In this document: positions 23,578 to 30,788 of the stretch, one piece after another
How positions within the stretch are numbered: the first letter of the stretch is position 1
Layout of the letters: each line of letters opens with the position of its first letter
DNA from: Fonticula alba ATCC 38817
Taxonomy: Eukaryota; Protista; Nucleariida
Reading direction: 5' to 3' (one strand)
DNA length: 30,788 bases
Assembly (NCBI GenBank): GCA_000388065.2
Contig: KB932207.1
Made by a program: the position numbers and the translations under genes
Notes under the pieces: generated by a model
What the model saw: only the letters and a program-made list of their open reading frames with translations
Databases searched by the model: none
What the model was told of the DNA's origin: nothing

Positions 23578-23649
23578 GGGAAATTAGTCTAGTGGTATGA
23601 TTCTCGCTTAGGGTGCGAGAGGTCCCGGGTTCGATTCCCGGATTTCCCC
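23578..23649 (+). tRNA. tRNA-Pro (anticodon AGG), intronless, 72 nt
   Basis: Acceptor stem GGGAAAT/ATTTCCC, D arm GTCTAGTGGTATGAT, anticodon arm CTCGC-TTAGGGT-GCGAG and T arm CCGGG-TTCGATT-CCCGG. The body is nearly identical to eukaryotic tRNA-Pro. Confidence 0.97.
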
Positions 23650-23654
23650 TGTTC

Positions 23655-23660
23655 TTTTTT
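23655..23660 (+). terminator. Pol III terminator (T6) for tRNA-Pro
   Basis: TTTTTT 5 nt after the discriminator base. Confidence 0.85.
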
Positions 23661-24198
23661 GACCGCGCCAGCACCCTGGAGCGGAGTGCGGCTCGCCGGC
23701 GCACTTTTGCCCTAAATCACGGTCCCGCGCCGCCGCCGCCGCCCTGCCGGGGGACCGCCCGCGCCGCAGGGGAAGCCCCGGCGGCAAGACACACGCACGC
23801 CGAGAGCGGCATCCCCGCCAGAATCATCGAGCAAAGCAGCGCCGCAGCGGCCTTCCCCTCGGTCGCCGCCCGCCGTGCCACAGACACGGGCAAGGGGCGA
23901 GAGAAGCCCAGGAGGGGGGGAGGGGGGCATATGCCGCCGGGGCAAAGCCCATCGCGCCACCTGCGGAGACAGCGACAGGCCTCACCAGGGGGCAGGGGAG
24001 TGGAGGCGGGGGCGCAGAGAACCGCCACGGGGAAATGGGCGCACAGCATGTGTGTGGAGGGTATGTATTGAGGCTAAATCTGGAGGAGGGGGGGGGGGGG
24101 GGGGAGATGTACGCCCGCGCGCAAGTGCCACCCCGGACGGGGGCGTGTACACACACACACACATACACACACACACACGCACCAGCTTGACGATGGAC

Positions 24199-24208
24199 NN
24201 NNNNNNNN
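24199..24208. other. Assembly gap (10 N)
   Basis: Run of N in the sequence. Confidence 1.
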
Positions 24209-24506
24209 CCCCCCCCCCCCTCTCCTCCCTCCTGGTCCATAAACATACCCACCGCACAGGGAGGGATCACGGCCACCGCAAATCGGCCGGATGGAGGGGG
24301 CCAGGAAAACAATTGTGGAGTAAGAACCCCACGGAATGGCACAATATCCCCCCCCCCCACCAGCCTCAGGGCGCTCTCTCTCGGGGGCCCGGGTCCGAAG
24401 GGGGAGGGGGCGACCCTTTGTTGGCGCCTTGCCATCACCCCCGGGGGGGGCAGAGGGTGGCCCTTCTCGACGTGGATTGGTCGGCAGCATCGATCCCCGC
24501 CCAACC

Positions 24507-24507
<1 letters not shown>

Positions 24508-24579
<72 letters not shown>

Positions 24580-24595
24580 GCACGCACGCACGCAC
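24508..24595. repeat. (CA)n microsatellite followed by (CGCA)5
   Basis: About 68 nt of CA repeats, then CGCA tetramers. Confidence 0.97.
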
Positions 24596-25160
24596 CCGGC
24601 CCTCTTGCGGGTACTCGCTGGGGGGGGGGGGGCCGGGTCGACGCGCCGCCCTCCCCCCTGACGGCGGGAGTGGCCCTCCCGCGGGGGCAGCCACGCGGCT
24701 CGCGGCGGTCGATCGGGCGGCCGCTCGACACAGGCGCTTGCCCATACATGTGTGTATGTGTGGTGTGCGCGGCGCGCGGTGCGCGGTGCCGCCCGAAGGC
24801 AAACAAGCTTCCGCGGAAACTGGTGCCGATAGGGTACGTCCAAGTTAAGACAATCCGAATCACGGGCCGGGCGGATGACGGGTGGTGTGATGAGCGCCGC
24901 CGACACGTGCCCACGGATACCCCACAATGCCATGATCTCACCGCCCCCGGCCCCGGGGCCGAAGGGGGAGGGGCCCAGGCCGCGGAGGGGGCGAGAGGCG
25001 AAAAGGACCCCGGGCCGGGGCTGGGAGCTCCCCCCCCCCCCCCCCCCCGTCACCCCCCCCCCCCCGGGGCCCCGGCCCGGGGAGCCCCCGGGGCGCCGGC
25101 CCCCCCCCCCCCCCCCCCCCCCTCCCCCCCAGTTGGGGCTGCCCCCCCCCCCCCCCCTCT

Positions 25161-25248
25161 CCCCCCTTTGCTCTCTGCTGTCTCGCCCGTTTGGATGACT
25201 GACTTGGCTTCGGTGTCAGGCCGCCAGATTTTCGAGCAGGACTCCACC
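25161..25248 (+). repeat. 88-bp near-duplicate of the window end (30701-30788)
   Basis: 83 of 88 bases are identical; the mismatches are at 25180, 25200, 25202, 25205 and 25213. Confidence 0.97.
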
Positions 25249-25377
25249 ATGGTCAAGTCCGACGAGACGGCCAACGACCAGGACATCCTGGAGGCCACCA
25301 AGAACCAGGTGGTCCATCTCACCGAGGAGGACATCAAGTCCTTGGAGGACTTCAGTTTCTCGGACCTGGACGACTAG
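25220..25377 (+). CDS. RWDD1: Displaced terminal exon (exon 7) of the RWDD1/GIR2 gene at 29402-30788
   Basis: CTGAC branch site (25199-25203), TCAG acceptor, then G|RQIFEQDSTMVKSDE...EDFSFSDLDD*. It is in phase with exon 6 (…KKKLT-G) and completes a 242-aa protein with the typical 'KLTGRQIFE' motif and acidic tail. Confidence 0.88.
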
Positions 25378-26360
25378 GTGGCCCTCCTCCCGTGGCCGGC
25401 CGACAAGGCGCGCGCGCGCGCGCTCGCGCGAGGCGACCCCTCAGCCACAATGCTCCACACAGACGCATGCCCACCCGGGCGCCAGCGCCCCCTCGCCTCC
25501 CTGGGGCAGGTGTGTGCTTGGCGCATGGCCAGACCCGGGCCCGGCGCAGTGCGGCCGCATCCCCCGGTGGTGGAGGCCCGCTCGGCTGTCCCTTTCCCTC
25601 TGTCTCTCGCCCTTGCTCCTCTCTCTCTCCTCGGAGCGGCCGGAGGCGGCGCGTCTCTCGATCGGTATTTTTGCACGCGCGTGTGCGTGTCTGCGTCCCA
25701 TATATATGTATATATATATATATATATGTGCGCCCTCCGGCCACACCTGTCCCGACCAAAACCAATATATATCCATACACTGTTGTTGCCTCTCCTCCTC
25801 TCCCGGCCAGCGGTCACAATCACCAATGCGGGAGCAGACGCAAGATGGGGAAGAGTCTCCGGGGAGCGCGGGCATGTGTATCTCCCAACGAAAACACATC
25901 TGCCCGAAGGTGTATGAATCGGCACTTGGGGTCACATGCCCGGGACATCACACGCGCGGGCGCGGCCATTTTCATATGGCCTGACTTGGCTCGGCGTTGC
26001 ACCCTCCCACGAGCGTGGGCCTGTGTGCGTGTCTGTTGGGGGGGGGGGGGAAGGTGCGTTCCCCGTCCCCTGCCACCACCCCCGAGGGGGAGGGAGCCTT
26101 CCTCACGCCCCGAGCCATTGCCCGCGCCTTGTTCCCGCGCCACTCTGGGTGCGCCAGCCCCCTGTGTGAGACCCGGGCCTGGCCCTCTGCTCGGGCGGGC
26201 GGAATTCCGCTCGCCATCTGTGTCGGATGGCCGCACACCCACGAAATCAGGCCATGTCGATGGCGTTCAGGCACCCACAGATGGCCTGATCCAAAAACGG
26301 CTGTGGAGGTTGGTCTGGCTGGCGTCTGTGGCCCCGCGCGCGCCCCGCCCGCCGCCGCCG

Positions 26361-26397
<37 letters not shown>

Positions 26398-26920
26398 TCC
26401 TGGCCGGCTCAATTCCCGCGAAAGCACAGCCATCGGCGACGAGCTGGCGGGCGCGGCCGCCGGCCGGTGATGTGCCCTCGCGGGGGGGAGGTGGTTTGTC
26501 GCGCGCGCCTAGATGCGTATACATCTTGCGGGGGCGTATGGTGATGCGGGTGATAATGCACATTGCGCTCCTGGGGTCTCCCCTCGCAACCTCTTGCCCG
26601 AGGCACGCCAGCCGGCGTCACGTTCCCCCCCCCCCCGGGCCCGCCCCGATCGGGGCGTGTGTCCGCACACGCGCGCCCGGTCGTGGCGTGGGCACCCCCC
26701 GCGCCGGGGGCCTCGGGAAGTGTGTGGGCGCGTTCGTGTCCCGCTCCCCCCCGGCTCCCATGCTTCGATCCGGGGTCCCTCAAAAGCGCGGGCCCTGGGG
26801 GCCGGATCAGGCCTGACTCGGCCCACCTCCCCCCTTGCGCCTTGTCAGCACCTCTCCCCTCGCTTCCGCCGCGCACGCCCCCCTCCCCCTCCCCTCCCCC
26901 TGCCCCCTGCGCTTGCTATC

Positions 26921-27426
26921 ATGGCCACCTTCAACCACGTCTACCCGAATGTCACTTGCCTCAAGGTGTGTCACTGCCGGGTGCTTGCCCTCCTGTCCCC
27001 TCGCCTTTGCCACACCCCCTCCCTTGCGTGTCCCCGGCTGGCCGTCTCACCTCGCTCACCCCCGGGCCGGGGCCCCTTTCCCCGGCCGGCCCCTCGCACC
27101 ACCCCCGCCCCAGGACAAGAAGGCCGTTGTCATCGGCGGCGCCGGCTTCCTCGGCGGCCACATGATCGAGGGTCTCCTGGCCGTTGGCGTTTCCAAGGTG
27201 GTTGTCTTCGACATCGTCAACATCTCCCACCCCTCGGACCGCGTCGAGAGCGTCAAGGGTGACCTCCGCAACATCAATGTGCGTCCCGGGGAGGCCCCTG
27301 TCGTTCGGGGCGGATCGGTGGCCGCCTCGCTCCTCCGCCAGCCCTCGCCCTGACCCGTTCCGCCCTCCCCCCCCTCCACGCCGCAGGACCTGCTCCCCGT
27401 CTTCCAGGGCGCCTTCGTTGTTTACA
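26921..27426 (+). CDS. 5' part of an extended SDR / 3-beta-hydroxysteroid dehydrogenase (NSDHL/ERG26-like); exons 26921-26965, 27114-27278 and 27387 into the gap
   Basis: MATFNHVYPNVTCLK|DKKAVVIGGAGFLGGHMIEGLLAVGVSKVVVFDI...VKGDLRNIN|DLLPVFQGAFVVY has a GGxGFLG Rossmann motif, VFD and GDL. Phase-0 GT-AG introns; truncated by the gap. The exact SDR subfamily cannot be fixed from 83 aa. Confidence 0.8.
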
Positions 27427-28005
27427 NNNNNNNNNNNNNNNNNNNNNNNNNNNNNNNNNNNNNNNNNNNNNNNNNNNNNNNNNNNNNNNNNNNNNNNNNN
27501 NNNNNNNNNNNNNNNNNNNNNNNNNNNNNNNNNNNNNNNNNNNNNNNNNNNNNNNNNNNNNNNNNNNNNNNNNNNNNNNNNNNNNNNNNNNNNNNNNNNN
27601 NNNNNNNNNNNNNNNNNNNNNNNNNNNNNNNNNNNNNNNNNNNNNNNNNNNNNNNNNNNNNNNNNNNNNNNNNNNNNNNNNNNNNNNNNNNNNNNNNNNN
27701 NNNNNNNNNNNNNNNNNNNNNNNNNNNNNNNNNNNNNNNNNNNNNNNNNNNNNNNNNNNNNNNNNNNNNNNNNNNNNNNNNNNNNNNNNNNNNNNNNNNN
27801 NNNNNNNNNNNNNNNNNNNNNNNNNNNNNNNNNNNNNNNNNNNNNNNNNNNNNNNNNNNNNNNNNNNNNNNNNNNNNNNNNNNNNNNNNNNNNNNNNNNN
27901 NNNNNNNNNNNNNNNNNNNNNNNNNNNNNNNNNNNNNNNNNNNNNNNNNNNNNNNNNNNNNNNNNNNNNNNNNNNNNNNNNNNNNNNNNNNNNNNNNNNN
28001 NNNNN
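27427..28005. other. Assembly gap (579 N)
   Basis: Run of N in the sequence. Confidence 1.
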
Positions 28006-28130
28006 GAGCCCGACGCCAACAGGGCAGGTGAGCGAGTGAGTGAGTGCGTGAGCGAGGGGAGGGGGGCAGCGTGAAAGCCGGGCATGCGCTGTCGGGGCCT
28101 CCTGCGGCGAGCGCCGCCATGCGCACGCAC

Positions 28131-28577
28131 CTTGGCATCCTTGCTGGCCGAGTCCGAGGCGCCGGTCAAACGCCGGCGCTTCCCGGTGTAGCCCTCGCCA
28201 TCGTCATCCTCGATGAAGTCGTCATCATCCTCGTCACCAAAGTCATCCTCATCTTCGGAATCCAGGTCGTCCTCGGGGCCGGGCTTGCCGGCCGGGCGGC
28301 GCCGGCGGCGCGCAGCTGGTGCCTTCGACCCGGACGCTCCGGATGTCAACGCCGCGAGCTCCTGCTCTTGCACCTGGGCGTCGCCGTCCTCATCGTCATC
28401 GTCGGAAAGGGAGGGCCGCGCGAGGCGACCGCCGCGCCGGGCGAGATCCGTTGGAACCGTGGCGCCGGACGCGCGCGCCTGGCGCAGCAGTTCAAAGGTG
28501 TCGTCCTTGGCGGCGGCGGCCCGAGCGGACGTGCGCGCTGGCGCACGCCCCGAGGGGGGAGGATTGCCAGAGGTCAT
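28131..28577 (-). CDS. POLA1: Exon 1 of DNA polymerase alpha catalytic subunit (N-terminal domain), displaced from exons 2-6
   Basis: MTSGNPP...DTFELLRQARASG...DEDDDDFIEDDDGEGYTG matches the Pol alpha N-terminal motif (yeast DDFVVDDDGVGY, human DDWIVDDDGIGY). It is 447 nt and ends at a phase-0 GTGCGT donor (28130), matching the phase-0 acceptor at 19509. Confidence 0.85.
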
Positions 28578-28638
28578 CGGCGCCCTGGAGGGGGGAGGGG
28601 CCTGGGGGGGGGGGGTGTATGTGTGTGTGCGCGCGCGC

Positions 28639-28646
28639 GCGCCAAA
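28639..28646 (-). promoter_or_regulatory. Candidate E2F site TTTGGCGC about 62 nt upstream of the POLA1 ATG
   Basis: Plus-strand GCGCCAAA reads TTTGGCGC on the POLA1 strand and matches the E2F consensus TTTSSCGC. A single 8-mer can arise by chance. Confidence 0.4.
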
Positions 28647-29401
28647 GGGTGGGGTGGCGGAGGTGGGCAAAACGAGCAACGCCTTGGAGTGAAATGTGCG
28701 CGCGCGTGTGTGTGTGTGTGTGAGAGAGAGAGGGAGGGAGAGAGGGGAGGGAGGGGAGAGGGACAGAGTGGATTGGTGGGTATGACTTTGGTCGCCGGGC
28801 CGCCTCGTCCAACTTGAAGCTCCTGTGGCCACGCCCCCATGGCACGGTTGGACGGCGGCCGGCCCCGGGCCGGGACGACCTGGCGAGAGGTCGCCGCCGC
28901 GGGGATTGCGCGCCCACGGCCGGGTCGCCCGCGCCTGCCCCGCGAGATTCCCCCACTCCTCGTAGCCCTGCCCGCCAGATCGTCCTCAGGGAGGCATTCA
29001 AAAAAATAACGGCAGGCATGATCGCACAGCGTGATCCCCGGTTCGTGGACCGGGGGTGGCGCGTGCGTTGGCAACAGGGCCGTGCGTTGCCGCCTTGGCC
29101 CCTGGCAAGGGCGTGCGGCTGCCTACCCACGTCCTGCCGGCTCGCGTGCGCCGGCGCGCCCCCCCCCCCCTCGGCCTGTTCGCATCTCTGCCCGTGCGTG
29201 CCGGTGACCCCCTCAAGGGGTGGTAGCGCCAGACGGCCGGCCGCGACTGGCCCGGCATCCTGCTCCTTCTCCTCCCCCTCCCCTCTCCCCCGCTTCGCGC
29301 CCTTCTTGTGCCTCGCTCTCTTTTCCCTTCGCCACCCCTCCCCATCGCGCGGATCACTCCCTCCCCCCCCCCCTCACGCGGAGGTCCACCATCCACTTGC
29401 C

Positions 29402-30788
29402 ATGTCGATCGGTGCGAGGCCATCGCTCGCTTTTCGGCCTTCTCATCTGCTGCTACTACTGCTGCTGCTGCTGCTGCCGTTGCTGTGCTATCTGTGCTTG
29501 ACGTCCTGCTCACCTACTCTCCCTCTCTCTCTCTCTCTCTCTCCCCGTCCCCCCCCCCCTCCCAACAGACCCCATGACCCTTGAGATGCAGCAGCAGGAG
29601 CTCGAGGCCCTGCAGTGCATCTTTACCGAAGAGTACGAGGGTGCGTTTCTTCCTGCCAATGCCGGCGCCCCGTCCAAGGTCCTCCCCCCCCCCTCCCCCC
29701 TGGCATCAGTCTGTCACTGACCGCGAACTGGCCGGCGCACATTCAGAGCTCTCAACCGAGTACCCGGTGTCCTTCAAGCTGAACCTCGCGGACAAGAACT
29801 CCGAGCCCTCGATCGACCGGATCCACCACCCTTGTACGCCTGCCCCCGATGCCGCCTCCCCGCCTGAACCCCTCCCCGCCAGGGTCTGACCGTCGTTCGT
29901 TGCTCTTGCGTCCGGCCTGGCAGTCTCGCTGTCCCTGCTTTTCACCCTGGGCTTGGACTATCCGAACTCCGAGGCGCCCACCATCGAAATCGACGACACC
30001 GAGAACATGACCGACGAAATTGTCGCGGAGCTGAAGGCCTTTTGCGACCAGCTGGTGCGCTCGCACGCCCGCCCGCCCCGTCTGTCAGTCCCCCCGCCTC
30101 CCCCCAGCTCTCTGACCACTTTGTGGCCTTTGGTCACCATGCTGCACACGCGCACGCAACCCTCTCTCTCCCCCTCGCACACGCACACATGCAGGCCCAG
30201 GATAACCTTGGCATGCCGTCGACCTTCACCATTGCCTCCGAGGTCCAGGAGTGGATGGTCTCCCGGTTCAAGCGCGCAGTCGAGGAGTACGAGGCCGAGG
30301 AGTCTCGCCGCGCCGCCGAGGAGGAGGAGGTGCGCCACTGGCCGGCCGGCCGGCCGCCATTGGCCACGGAGGGGACGGGTGCCAGTGCCCTGGGCAGTAT
30401 CACGGCACACTGGCCGCTTTGACGCGGATCCCATGGTTTCGACCGTCTGACTGACTGACTGACTGACTGACTGGTGATCGGCATCCCAGGCCGAGCGCAA
30501 CCGCTTTGCCGGGTCTCGCGTGACGGCGCTCACCTTCTTCGAGTGGAAGCGGAAGTTCGACGCCGAGATGGCCCTCCTTGAGCAGCAGGCCAATGCCCAG
30601 AATTCCGCCAAGAAGAAGCTCACCGGTATGTGTGCCAGCGCGTCCGCGCACCATGTCCCCGGCCGATGTCGGGGCCGCTTTCTCCCCCCCCCCCCCCCCC
30701 CCCCCCTTTGCTCTCTGCTCTCTCGCCCGTTTGGATGACCGCCTCGGCTTCGCTGTCAGGCCGCCAGATTTTCGAGCAGGACTCCACC
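29402..30788 (+). CDS. RWDD1: RWD-domain protein RWDD1/GIR2 (DRG2/Rbg2 partner). Exons 29402-29411, 29569-29640, 29747-29833, 29924-30054, 30195-30329, 30490-30625, 30760 to window end (full last exon at 25220-25377)
   Basis: EMQQQELEALQCIFTEEY, LLFTLGLDYPNSEAP (RWD YPxxxP-like), AQDNLGMPSTFTI, GSRVTALTFFEWKRKF and KKKLTGRQIFE. All introns are GT-AG, and the total is 729 nt (243 codons). Confidence 0.92.
30447..30473 (+). repeat. (CTGA)6+ tetranucleotide repeat in RWDD1 intron 5, forming tandem CTGAC branch-point motifs
   Basis: ctgactgactgactgactgactgactg ends 15-16 nt before the acceptor AG at 30488-30489. Confidence 0.9.

Noticed and set aside
24880-24940. GTGATGA as a possible snoRNA C box
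   Set aside because: No matching CTGA D box or terminal stem at a suitable distance.
25161-25377. A second RWDD1 paralog or pseudogene
   Set aside because: Only the terminal exon is present, its coding overlap is identical, and it exactly completes the 29.4-kb gene.
23875-25377. 500-aa plus-strand ORF with poly-TH and poly-P
   Set aside because: It is read through a (CA)n microsatellite, an N gap and poly-C. Only the last 52 codons are the real RWDD1 exon.
19552-28005. Programmed gene scrambling or trans-splicing as the main explanation for the displaced POLA1 and RWDD1 exons
   Set aside because: Breakpoints coincide with N-gaps and poly-C/G tracts, and the overlap shows homopolymer-type errors, so misassembly is more parsimonious. 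It is kept only as a testable alternative.

Overview
GC-rich, intron-rich eukaryotic genomic scaffold with five N-gaps (633-1045, 5585-5672, 19542-19551, 24199-24208, 27427-28005). The gene content, CTRAC-type branch points and low-complexity proteins suggest an early-branching opisthokont, possibly Fonticula-like; this is an inference, with no database search run. Genes reconstructed by hand with frame-consistent GT-AG introns are: LSM12-like (+), a 13-exon P4-ATPase lipid flippase (+), GEMIN2-like (+), DNA polymerase alpha catalytic subunit (-), an intronless secreted His/Pro/Cys-rich protein with a plant root-cap/VWD-like domain (+), tRNA-Pro(AGG), the 5' part of an NSDHL/ERG26-like sterol dehydrogenase (+) and RWDD1/GIR2 (+). 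Two genes are out of order. POLA1 exon 1 lies about 8.6 kb from exon 2 with other genes between them, and the last RWDD1 exon lies about 4 kb upstream of the rest of its gene. Three independent clues favour a scrambled scaffold (true order probably ...19541 -> 28006-30788 = 25161-27426) over real biology. The best biological leads are the secreted root-cap/VWD-like protein with its TATA promoter, and a strongly shifted 5' splice-site consensus (GTGCGT, almost never +4A). No prokaryotic system, CRISPR array or transposon is supported.
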